Positions 54,291 to 64,000 of a stretch of DNA of 64,000 nucleotides are shown here, piece by piece. The stretch's first letter is position 1, and every line of letters starts with the position of its first letter. Source of the DNA: Microcoleus sp. (GTDB taxonomy: Bacteria > Cyanobacteriota > Cyanobacteriia > Cyanobacteriales > Microcoleaceae); contig CP181291.1 in the NCBI GenBank assembly GCA_052279835.1, positions 480,001-544,000 on the forward strand, given 5' to 3'. Made by a program: the position numbers and the translations under genes. The notes beneath the pieces are model-generated. The model ran no database searches, was not told where the DNA came from, and saw only the letters and a program-made list of their open reading frames with translations.

Positions 54291-55172
54291 ATGTTAGGAA
54301 CTCCACCGGCTGAATTTGAGGTTGATACTTTATTGGTTTCGCGTTTGCTTGCCGCACAGCACCCGGATTTGCAACATTTGTCCCTTCAATTTATTGATGA
54401 AGGTTGGGATAATGCGATGTTTCGTTTGGGCAATTGCTTGGCTGTACGGTTGCCGCGACGGGCGATCGCAGCAAGGCTATTAGAATCCGAGCAATTGTGG
54501 CTGCCTCAGCTTGCAAATCGATTGCCTATCCCCATTCCAACTCCTTATAAAATTGGCATTCCTAGTTTAATCTACCCCTGGCACTGGAGCGTGATTCCTT
54601 GGCTGCCGGGACAAACAGCCGATCGAGCAAACCTCAATGAAGAACAAGCCCAGCGATTTGCCGAGTTTCTGAAAGCTTTGCACGTTCCTGCCCCAGATAA
54701 TGCACCCGTTAACCCCTATCGAGGCGTACCCCTATTGCAGCGGGCGCAGATGCTGTTCGATCGAATGCAGCGACTAGAAACGCACATAAATTCGATCGCG
54801 CCTATTATTCGATCGCTCTGGCAGGAATCGGTAAATGCACCTATTGATGTGCAACCAACTTGGCTGCATGGGGACCTCCATCCGCGCAATATTCTGGTAG
54901 AAAATGGCAGCATCACAGGTATTATAGATTGGGGAGATTTAACAGCAGGAGACAGAGCTACAGATTTAGCAGCTTTGTGGTATTTATTTCCCGATCGACA
55001 CTTGCGAAAACAGGCGATCACAGCCTACGGCAATGTGTCTGAAGCTACTTTAATCCGTGCCAAAGGTTGGGCAATTTTATTTGGAATTGTGCTGCTGGAT
55101 TCAGGGCTGGTCGATAATCCCCAACACGCGGCGATCGGGCAAAATATCCTGCAATGTGTTGTTAAAAATTAA
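54291..55172 (+). CDS. Aminoglycoside phosphotransferase-family kinase
   Basis: GWDN..FRLG, HGDLHP.N, IIDWGD. Confidence 0.85.
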   Translation: MLGTPPAEFEVDTLLVSRLLAAQHPDLQHLSLQFIDEGWDNAMFRLGNCLAVRLPRRAIAARLLESEQLWLPQLANRLPIPIPTPYKIGIPSLIYPWHWSVIPWLPGQTADRANLNEEQAQRFAEFLKALHVPAPDNAPVNPYRGVPLLQRAQMLFDRMQRLETHINSIAPIIRSLWQESVNAPIDVQPTWLHGDLHPRNILVENGSITGIIDWGDLTAGDRATDLAALWYLFPDRHLRKQAITAYGNVSEATLIRAKGWAILFGIVLLDSGLVDNPQHAAIGQNILQCVVKN

Positions 55173-55287
55173 CGATTTTATTGATAAATGTTAAATATTG
55201 TAAAATCACATCAAAAAAGTAGTATTATGAGGTAATATTCGGTCAAAATTAGTACCATCCTTGACTCGAACGAGAGTATTTGTAACT

Positions 55288-56265
55288 ATGCCTATTTCTC
55301 GTCGAACTTTTCTCACAGGAGCGATCGCCACCTCTTTCGCTCTACCTATCACCGGCAATTTATGGGCACAAACTGCTCGACCCATGATGCCCCGCAATAC
55401 TGGCATCTATCGATTTAAGTTGGGAAACTTCAACCTGATTTCGATTAGCGATGGAACATTGAGCGTTCCCGCAGCCATCTTTGCTAGCAATGCCGCACCA
55501 GAAGAGTTTAATCGGGTGTTGCAGCAGGGTTTTCAAGGGGAAAAGCTCACCGTAGATTGTAATGTGCTGTTGGTGGATACCGGACAGAACAAAGTTTTAA
55601 TCGATACAGGCAGTGGCTTGTTGAATGGAGCAACAGTGGGCAAGTTAATCGACAACTTGCAGCAGGCACTGATTAAACCGAGCGATATTACTGCGGTGAT
55701 TTTGACTCACGCCCATGGCGATCATGTGGGTGGTTTGAATGGGAAAAGCGGGTTGACATTTCCCAATGCCCGCTATTTCATCGGGAAACAAGAGTGGAAT
55801 TTTTGGACGGGTAATTCGGTGGATTTACCCAAGTTTGGGGGGCCGGCCGAGATGAAAAAGCAGATGATTGAGATTGCTAAAACTCAGTTAGGTTTGATTC
55901 GCGATCGCGTTACTCAATTTGATGTTAACCAAGAGTTTTTGCCGGGATTTACAGCCATTCCTGCCTACGGTCATACACCCGGTCACGTTGCGATTAGAAT
56001 TGCATCGGGGAATGCGGTGATGGTGCATACGGCCGATACGGTTCACACTAATACAATTAACTTGTGGAATCCAAGCTGGAAACCGATTTTTGATGCCGAT
56101 CGCGAGATGGCGGCCACAACTCGCCAAGCCGTACTGGAAAAAATTGCGCGCGATCGCACGTTAATGTTTGCTTATCATTTTCCTTATCCAGGTATCGGAC
56201 ATTTGCGCGATCGCAATGGTGGTGGATTTGATTGGCAACCTGTCAACTGGCAATTTGAAAGTTAA
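55288..56265 (+). CDS. Tat-exported MBL-fold metallo-hydrolase, copy 1
   Basis: SRRTFL signal; THAHGDHVGG; GHTPGH. Confidence 0.9.
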   Translation: MPISRRTFLTGAIATSFALPITGNLWAQTARPMMPRNTGIYRFKLGNFNLISISDGTLSVPAAIFASNAAPEEFNRVLQQGFQGEKLTVDCNVLLVDTGQNKVLIDTGSGLLNGATVGKLIDNLQQALIKPSDITAVILTHAHGDHVGGLNGKSGLTFPNARYFIGKQEWNFWTGNSVDLPKFGGPAEMKKQMIEIAKTQLGLIRDRVTQFDVNQEFLPGFTAIPAYGHTPGHVAIRIASGNAVMVHTADTVHTNTINLWNPSWKPIFDADREMAATTRQAVLEKIARDRTLMFAYHFPYPGIGHLRDRNGGGFDWQPVNWQFES

Positions 56266-56434
56266 TTCTGGTTACGGGAAGAATACAGAGGTTATCTGCT
56301 ACGATCGCCCCTTGGATCGCACTGTTAGCTACTCTCACCAATGTAGCAGCAGAGCTGATTAATGTTACCGATTTTGTAGAGGTCTAAATCGATACCAGTG
56401 GGGACACGGCAATGCCGTGTCCTTTGGCCCGCTC

Positions 56435-56893
56435 TCAACCTAATTCAAAGCGCGAGAAACGTTTAACTTGAATAGCTTCACCTACAACAGCGCTATAGCG
56501 ATCGAGCAGGACTTTTACAGTAACCTGTGAATCGCGAATATAAGTTTGTTCCAACAAGGCCTCAACCGACTCAAGTGGAATAGCTGCAATTTGCATGGCG
56601 AGGTTTTTTGCCAATTCTTGAAATGTGGCAGACCGAGCCACAAAATCCGTTTGGCAATTCACTTCTATTAGCGCGCCAATGCTCTTGTTATGATGAATAT
56701 AAGACTCGACAATGCCTTGAGTTGCTTCATTTTTTTGTAAGGCTTGAGCGCGGATTAAGTCGTTTTGACCCAGCCACGCGATCGCAGCTTCCAAATTGCC
56801 CTGATTTTCTGTCAGTGCTTGCTGGCAATCCCCGATCCGCGCCCCGGTTAAATCTCGCAACTGTTTGACGAGTTGGGCTGAAATCCGTGCCAT
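56435..56893 (-). CDS. Short elongation factor Ts paralog
   Basis: ISAQLVKQLRDLTGA...C..AL; EVNCQTDFVAR; VKRFSRFELG; only ~152 aa. Confidence 0.8.
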   Translation of the reverse strand: MARISAQLVKQLRDLTGARIGDCQQALTENQGNLEAAIAWLGQNDLIRAQALQKNEATQGIVESYIHHNKSIGALIEVNCQTDFVARSATFQELAKNLAMQIAAIPLESVEALLEQTYIRDSQVTVKVLLDRYSAVVGEAIQVKRFSRFELG

Positions 56894-57057
56894 TTTTATC
56901 CCTCCATCACTTGCGTACTTCATATTGTATGATATTATACTACAATATATCCTACATCGCAAAAACAGCATAAAAAACCGAAAATAATTTTGATTCCCTT
57001 AATCCAACCGTCAAGTGTTCACTGTCAACTGTTATTCACCTAGGGAGGACTACTTTT

Positions 57058-59464
57058 ATGCCATCATTGACATCTCCAACCGATCGCACCAGTGGATTAT
57101 ACGTGCGTTCCCCCGAAGCAGAACAACTCGTTTTTCCCCTGAAACATACAGAAGTCCGAGCCCAAATAGCCGGAAATCTCTCGCGAGTTGAAGTCTCGCA
57201 GAAATTTGAAAATCCTTTCACCAAGCCGCTAGAAGCCGTCTATATTTTCCCGCTACCAGCCGAAGCAGCGGTAGATGAGATGGAAATTAAAATTGGCGAT
57301 CGCACAATTAAAGGCAGCATCAAAAAACGCGCAGAAGCCCAACGAATTTACGAACAAGCCAAACAAGAAGGGCGGACAGCCGGTTTGCTGGAACAAGAGC
57401 GAGATAATATTTTCACCCAATCCCTCGCCAACATCAAACCCGGTGAAGAAATCGAGGTCACGATTCGCTATACCGACAGCTTGAAATTTCTCGCTGGGGA
57501 TTATGAATTTGTGTTTCCGATGGTAGTTGGGCCGCGATATATTCCCGGTACGCCGCTGGATGAAACAGCAGCTAGCGGCAGCGCCCCAGCCCCAATGACA
57601 GTTAATTCCGATACCGATGTCGTCCCCGATGCGTCGCGGCTGAATGCCCCGATTTTGCCACCGGGAATGCGATCGCGACACGATATCGGCGTGACGCTGG
57701 AAATTGAGGCGGGCGTACCGATTCGCAATGTCAATTCCCCCTCCCACCAACTGCAAATTGAATATTTTGACTCACCTCAAGATTCCCCAGGCAGCGAGCA
57801 AAAAAACGGACTGAAGGTGCGCGTTCAGTTGGGAAATACAGATACAATTCCCAACAAAGATTTGATAGTGCGCTATCAAATTGCGGGTCGAGAAACCCAA
57901 TCGACGGTATTAACTCAAGCGGACGATCGCGGCGGACATTTTGCAGTTTACTTGATTCCCGCGATCGAATACAAAACCGATGAAATTGTGCCGAAAGATG
58001 TCGTATTTTTAGTCGATACTTCCGGTTCGCAATCAGGAGCACCTTTGCAGCAATGTCAGGTATTGTTGCGAAAATTTATTAACGGTTTGAATCCGGCGGA
58101 TACTTTCTCGATTCTGGATTTTTCCGACAAAGTGCGGCGACTTTCCCAACAACCGCTACCGAATACAGCAGAAAATCGACAACAGGCGATCGCATATATC
58201 AACAAACTCTGCGCTGGTGGCGCTACGGAAATGTTGGGCGGGATTCGCGCGGCGATCGATTTTCCCGCACCATCCGGGCGCTTGCGCACTGTGGTATTTC
58301 TCAGCGATGGTTTCATCGGCAACGAAAACGAAATTCTCGCCGAAGTGCAGCAACACCTAAAACCGGGGAATCGCCTGTACAGTTTCGGTGCGGGGAGTTT
58401 CCGTCAATCGCTTTTTGCTCGATCGCATGGCGGAAATAGGGCGGGGAATCTCGCGGATTATTCGGCACGACGAACCTGTTAACGAATTTGTCGAAAAGTT
58501 CTTCCGGCAAATCAACAATCCGGTGTTAATAAATCTGGAAATTACTTGGGAGGGAGAGGGCGAAAATCCGGTAATTTATCCATCTGTTGCGCCGGATTTG
58601 TTTGCCGAACAACCGCTGGTTTTATTTGGAAAAAAGGGCGATCGCCAACCTGGAAAACTTCAGATAAAAGGGGTTAGCGCAGGCGGACACCAGTACGTCC
58701 AAACCTATGAAATGAACTTTACCGAAACTGGCAATCCGGCAGTTGCCCAACTTTGGGGGCGACATCGCATCAAAGATTTGATGAATCAGATGCTGCAATA
58801 TGAAACTAAGGTGGAGGTGGAAACAGTAACAGAAACGGCGCTAACCTATCAGCTTTTGTCGCAATACACGGCTTTTGTCGCTGTCAGCGATGACGTGCGC
58901 GTCGAACCGGGTGCGGAGTCGATCGCGGTGAATGTGCCTGTAGAAATGCCGGAAGCGGTGGAATATCTGGGCGTATTTGGTGGCAACACAGACTTTATGG
59001 AGCACAGAATGGGATTTTGTCATGAACCTGTTGCAAGCTCTATGGCGTTTCTTGCCTCCGATGAAGAATATGAAGAAATAGAACGCGGTATCTCGCAGCC
59101 CGCGAGGGTTTCTTTTGCGGAGTTTCCTATACTGTACCCAGGGACGAAGCATTACTGTGCAAGCGTAGAACCACCGATATTACCGCAAGTAGAAGTTGTT
59201 AGCGCCCAAGGGTTAGATCCCATAGCAATGGCTAGTTTAAACGAATACTTGGCAACTCTGACTGTGCCGCCCGGTACAAATGGCGAATTGGTGTTAGAAA
59301 TTGTCTTCGGTAAAGTGCGCGCCAGCCAGATAGTTGTGGATGCTGATGCTTCGACTTTGGCGGATGTGAAGTTGCTCCAAACAATTAAAAAATTGCTGTT
59401 TAGCTGGCGCATTCCTCACTCTATTGGGAATACAGTACGGCTGACATTGCGGGTGCGATCGTAA
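57058..59464 (+). CDS. VIT plus vWA domain protein, split by +1 T at ~58399
   Basis: LEAVYIFPLP..AAVD.M, AGLLEQER.NIF, MIDAS DTSGS, SDG.IGNE, LLSQYTAFVAV. Confidence 0.88.
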
Positions 59465-59742
59465 AACAGCTTGAGCTCGCGTCCGTCAAATTACCATCAT
59501 AAAAAAGGTTCGTAGTGAGGACTTTAGTCCTTCGATTATAAGGACTAAAGTTCTTACTACAAACTAATCTTATTGTAATCGTTCGATCGGACATGATATT
59601 AGCCATCTATCTGACGATCGAGTCATCAATCATATTAGTTAATCGATCGCGTAAATAGTTTCCATGCAAAAATCATATAGTAATCTGGGGAAGATTGCAG
59701 TAATATATAAGCCATTCGATAAATAGTATCGCAGTCAGCCAT

Positions 59743-59901
59743 TAAGTAAGTCCACCTAATTAAACGTAAGATCCGAATGACCCAAAAGGTTACTGGCTCT
59801 TCCTTCTTCCTTCTTCCTGATGACTGACATCCGTTACATCCGTTACATCCGTTACATCCGCTACACAATCCGTTGCCGAACTTCCTTCTTCCTTCTACTT
59901 A
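59743..59901. mobile_element. MITE-like repeat (TAAGTA...TACTTA) with internal (CATCCGTTA)n
   Basis: Its termini are reverse complements of those at 18860-18995. Confidence 0.6.
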
Positions 59902-59907
59902 GTAACT

Positions 59908-60885
59908 ATGCCTATTTCTCGTCGAACCTTTCTCACAGGGGCGATCGCCACTTCCTTCGCCCTACCCACCGCCGGTCATTTACTGGCACAAACTCCTCAA
60001 CGCACGATCGCCCGCAACGCTAGCATCTATCGATTTAAATTGGGAAATTTCAACCTGATTTCGATTAGTGATGGAATATTGAACCCTCCTGCTGCACTCT
60101 TTGCCGGCAATGCCACGCCAGAAGAGTTGAAAGAGGTTTTGCGGCAAGGCTTTCAAGGAGAAACGCTCGCAGTTGATTGTAATATTTTATTAGTAGATAC
60201 CGGGGAAAACAAAGTCTTAATCGACACGGGCAGCGGCTTGCTGAATGGAGCAACCGTTGGCAAGCTGATCGAAAACTTGCAGCAGGTACAAATTCAACCG
60301 AGCGATATTACGGTAGTGATTTTGACTCACGCGCATGGAGATCACGTGGGTGGTTTGAATGGAAAAAGCGGGTTGACTTTTCCCAAAGCCCGTTATTTTA
60401 TCAGCAAACAAGAGTGGAATTTTTGGACTCAACCATCGGTGGATTTACCGAAATTTGAGGGGCCTGCCGAGATGAAGCAGCAGGCGATTCAAATCGCTCA
60501 AACTCAGTTAGCTTTGATTCGCGATCGCGTCACTCAATTTGATGTTAACCAAGAGTTTTTGCCGGGATTTACAGCAATTCCAGCCTACGGTCATACACCC
60601 GGTCATGTTGCGATTAGAATTGCTTCAGGAAATGCGGTGATGGTGCATACTGCCGATACGGTTCACATTCATACAATTAACCTGTGGAATCCAAGTTGGA
60701 AGCCGATTTTTGATGCCGATCGCGAAATGGCGGCCGCAACTCGTCAAACTGTATTGGCAAAAATTGCGAGCGATCGCACGTTAATGTTTGCCTATCATTT
60801 TCCTTATCCGGGACTCGGGCATTTGCGATCGCGCGATCGGGGTGGATTCGATTGGCAACCTGTCAACTGGCAGTTTGAAAGTTAA
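59908..60885 (+). CDS. Tat-exported MBL-fold metallo-hydrolase, copy 2
   Basis: Close paralog of 55288-56265 with the same motifs and length. Confidence 0.9.
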   Translation: MPISRRTFLTGAIATSFALPTAGHLLAQTPQRTIARNASIYRFKLGNFNLISISDGILNPPAALFAGNATPEELKEVLRQGFQGETLAVDCNILLVDTGENKVLIDTGSGLLNGATVGKLIENLQQVQIQPSDITVVILTHAHGDHVGGLNGKSGLTFPKARYFISKQEWNFWTQPSVDLPKFEGPAEMKQQAIQIAQTQLALIRDRVTQFDVNQEFLPGFTAIPAYGHTPGHVAIRIASGNAVMVHTADTVHIHTINLWNPSWKPIFDADREMAAATRQTVLAKIASDRTLMFAYHFPYPGLGHLRSRDRGGFDWQPVNWQFES

Positions 60886-61289
60886 TCTGAACCGAGGCGA
60901 ATATCGATCGAACTTGAGTTTCGATCGAACTTCACATCAGCTCGATCGCCGAGCGTGAGAACAACTACAGGCGATCGAGCTGTTTTTGCTGGCATTCGTG
61001 CCACGCGATCGAGATCGGCAAAAAGATCGGCAAAAAGTTCTTCACATAAATGCTGTAAGCTAGAATTTAAGCTTATTTCAGCCACTTTTTAGATCGGCAA
61101 TACAATGGCAGGGTCAGCAATTCCCGATCGACATTACGAACCAAGTCTGCTCGAACCAGTTTATCCTCAGCGGACTCGGAACTTAGAAGAATTAGCAATT
61201 TTGCTGACATCGAAAGCAGGGCAATTGACTCGCGGATTGCATCCGATCGTCCTGCGATCGCAGTCAACACGCAACCAAATCTAATTTTC

Positions 61290-64000
61290 CTATAAGTCCA
61301 AATCTAAAATACATAGAAAATCTTCGATCGATTTCATTCCCAAGTGCATTGGGAATGGATGACTAATATTTCCTCTTGTAAATGCTGGAGAAGTTCTTAG
61401 AAAATGCGGTACTCGACAAAGAGCTTTAAGATTTTCTTCTGTTTTAAAATCTGGATGAACAAAAAATGGTAGCATTTCGAGCATTTTTTGATGTTTGTAG
61501 GCAATATTGGCAGCATCTACATTCTCAGCATGAATGCTTTTATACGATTCTCTAGCGTTAGGAGTCTTTTGTTGTTTCTGAGTTGTCGGAATTTTACCTA
61601 CAGAAAAATAGTGTACTAATTCTGGAACTGTTTTATCTATAAATCCACTGAGTTCTGTAAAATCTGAAGTTGTCGCATCTTTATCCCAAGTTGTTCTATT
61701 AGTTACATATTGCGGAGTTTCATTATTGCTCCTAAGACGAATGACACCAAGTAAATTTTCAAATTTTTTGTCATCTCTTTGATATTGACAATTATGGCCG
61801 TACACATGGCTAAAATTTAAAATATCTCGTTGTTCTAATAAATATTCATTTTTCAATTGAAACCAAGCTTGATTGTTGTTGCCATCTTTATTGCGTTCAT
61901 TGCGCCAAACATCAGCTTCAATTAAAGCAATAGTATGATTTTTAATATGATGTGTCATTACATCAGCGACGAACTTTACTAAGTGTCCGCCTTTCATTTG
62001 AAGTTGCTCGATGCTATTTTTATCTTTTTTTCGTGCATCATGAAATAATTTTCCTATTGCTATTCCTGCTTGGGAATAAGGAATCCATTGTTGAGTGTTA
62101 GGAAGTAAAACATCTACTGTACCTGTGGGGTTTAACCGTACAGCTATTGTATATTGAAACGGACTTTTACCGATAAAGTTGTTTTTTTCTATCCGACAAA
62201 AAGCAATTACATCTAGTTTTTGAGCAATATCTTCTGGTATTCCCGCAACTTGATAAACTTCTGATGGTAAACTGTATAATGTTCCTGTTTGACGCAGGAT
62301 TAGATCTAATATTGCATTTAATACTCTTCCCTGAGCCACTTTGCTATAAGTTGTATCGTCTTCTGGCTTTTCTTTATCCTTTGGTTTAACTGTTTGCAGC
62401 ATTTGAGAATTAATATTCTCCAACACACAAGCTTCTCTGACTGCACCGCGAATGCTTTGTTGAGGGTGTATTCCTGGTTGTTTAGTTGTTCCTATTTCAA
62501 TAAGGGCAAAAATATCGTAATTAGTTTTTTGCTCAACTAATGCAATAACTTGCTCCTTAAGAAACTTTTGCCAAGCTTGACGTTTCAACCGATGTTGCTT
62601 GCTAATTTCCTCATCAAAATTATTGTTATCTGAAGGTAATCCAGAGACGAATAATTTTTCTAAGAGATTGGGATCGTTAATCAAAACCTCTCTAACATTG
62701 ATATGCTCGGGAAAATTATCACCATCTTGTAATAATAAAGCGTCGCGTAATTGCTGGCGAGCTAATATTCTTGTGTGTTCTTCGTAATAAATTATAAATA
62801 AATATATCTGTTTGTTATTAGTTGCTCGTTTAATAGCATCTGCAATAACAATTTGCTTTTCCGTTATGTATTGCTGTTTGGCTTCTTCCGTTAACTTTTT
62901 AGGTTTGAGTGCAGATGGCAATAAAGATGCGCGTAGAAATTCATAATCGCGCATTGCTAAAGGCATTTTTTTACCAGCAGGTACAGGACGATCGAATTCC
63001 ATCGCTCGATCGCCAATTAATACACCATTTAGTAATTGCAACACTTGATTAGTAATATCGGCACGTTCTTTTAAACTAAAACCTGTTTTAATATAATGTC
63101 CGTGTCCTCTTCCTTTTTGACCTTCTTGTTTATATTCATAACCTTCGGAATGAACAATATAATATTCATCCTTATTCCAAGCATCGTCATTATCTAAATT
63201 GCCACATTTAATTGGCTTGCTCAAAATCTTTTTAGGCTCAATAAGAGGTCGCGCTTTAAATTTTGCTAGTAAATCTGGTAGTTGTTCTTGCCAACATTTA
63301 CTGGCATTATTTTCAAGTGTTAATCTAACTAAAGTTGAGTCTATCGGATAATTATCTAAACCTAAACGAGCTTGATTCATTCCCATTAAAATTGAAATAT
63401 CTCGCCCATAATTAGCATTAACTAAAGGTTCGTGAGCGTATCTTTGACAGCTTATATGTATAAACACCCAAGGTTTTAAATAACCTTCTGGGTGAAATCT
63501 TCCTGCTTGAGTATGTAAATGAAAATCTAAACGATAAGCAAAATAACCTTCTCTTTCTTGGGCGTTATCCTCACTACTTTTTCTGTAATCTTCCTCAATA
63601 TAAGTTGCTTTAAAAGGTTGACTAACTAAATGTAAGCCTGTTCTTGTCGAACTACCTCCTTGTACTTTCCGCCATATGAGCGTTTCTTTTGTATCTTCGG
63701 AAGAAATAGTGCAGGTTTGTTCGTGCAACAAAGTTACTAATATACTTGGTATGGCTTGATAACCCAAGCCATTTTTAGTATTAATATCTTGAATTAAAGT
63801 ATCTACAGCAATAAGTTCCCACTGCCAACTTTCAGGGATTTTATCTATGGCTTCTATAAAGCGATCGCATACGGATTGAATCTCATCTTTATTACCTTTA
63901 TTTCCTAAATACTGCTCAGTCCAAGTCTGCGCCCAAATATAGATTAATTCGTATATTGGAGCTGTTGTTGGTACATTTAACTCTGTTCCCGTGCCAACCG
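61290..64000 (-). CDS. pPIWI-RE family protein (prokaryotic PIWI/Argonaute superfamily), 5'-partial
   Basis: Frame is open to the window edge (VGTGTELNVP...NGLGYQAIP); contains W..I.IS.QRYAHEPL, a MID-like SIRGAVREA...NSQML...RV.NAILDL segment, and an RNase H-like C-terminus with VIRLRS.NETPQY and P.PMHL. Confidence 0.75.
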   Translation of the reverse strand, partial: VGTGTELNVPTTAPIYELIYIWAQTWTEQYLGNKGNKDEIQSVCDRFIEAIDKIPESWQWELIAVDTLIQDINTKNGLGYQAIPSILVTLLHEQTCTISSEDTKETLIWRKVQGGSSTRTGLHLVSQPFKATYIEEDYRKSSEDNAQEREGYFAYRLDFHLHTQAGRFHPEGYLKPWVFIHISCQRYAHEPLVNANYGRDISILMGMNQARLGLDNYPIDSTLVRLTLENNASKCWQEQLPDLLAKFKARPLIEPKKILSKPIKCGNLDNDDAWNKDEYYIVHSEGYEYKQEGQKGRGHGHYIKTGFSLKERADITNQVLQLLNGVLIGDRAMEFDRPVPAGKKMPLAMRDYEFLRASLLPSALKPKKLTEEAKQQYITEKQIVIADAIKRATNNKQIYLFIIYYEEHTRILARQQLRDALLLQDGDNFPEHINVREVLINDPNLLEKLFVSGLPSDNNNFDEEISKQHRLKRQAWQKFLKEQVIALVEQKTNYDIFALIEIGTTKQPGIHPQQSIRGAVREACVLENINSQMLQTVKPKDKEKPEDDTTYSKVAQGRVLNAILDLILRQTGTLYSLPSEVYQVAGIPEDIAQKLDVIAFCRIEKNNFIGKSPFQYTIAVRLNPTGTVDVLLPNTQQWIPYSQAGIAIGKLFHDARKKDKNSIEQLQMKGGHLVKFVADVMTHHIKNHTIALIEADVWRNERNKDGNNNQAWFQLKNEYLLEQRDILNFSHVYGHNCQYQRDDKKFENLLGVIRLRSNNETPQYVTNRTTWDKDATTSDFTELSGFIDKTVPELVHYFSVGKIPTTQKQQKTPNARESYKSIHAENVDAANIAYKHQKMLEMLPFFVHPDFKTEENLKALCRVPHFLRTSPAFTRGNISHPFPMHLGMKSIEDFLCILDLDL

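Noticed and set aside
54071..54313. 80-aa ORF with HRG repeats
   Set aside because: Translation of a (CACAGAGGA)n intergenic repeat

Overview
64 kb of chromosome from a filamentous cyanobacterium (Microcoleus/Oscillatoriales-like; inferred from very frequent HIP1 GCGATCGC sites, zds, cyanoexosortase B, DUF2949 and heptamer STRR repeats). Core genes (rlmN, Fe-S A-type carrier, zds, class V aminotransferase, trpC, lpdA, uvrB, DsbA) are mixed with accessory blocks. These are DUF433/DUF5615 TA pairs, a ~10.5 kb island between trpC and lpdA (mscS, DUF2254, type III R-M, duplicated MNT), an exosortase B/Wza/Wzc EPS cluster, an orphan toxin-immunity-like pair, a UrtA/AmiC-domain hybrid kinase, a giant Calx-beta/RTX protein, two MBL-fold hydrolase paralogs around a short EF-Ts paralog and a VIT-vWA gene, and a pPIWI-RE gene running off the right edge. 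The best candidate for something undescribed is 15.3-16.25 kb. A solitary type III-family CRISPR repeat is followed by a spacer-like sequence that reappears ~335 bp downstream. That second copy lies inside a promoter- and terminator-bounded ~360-nt non-coding region built from degenerate ~125-nt units. A second solitary CRISPR-like repeat with tandem units and a structured leader sits at 36.8-37.7 kb. Seven genes are split by +1 homopolymer insertions, most likely sequencing errors. All calls were made by eye; no searches were run.
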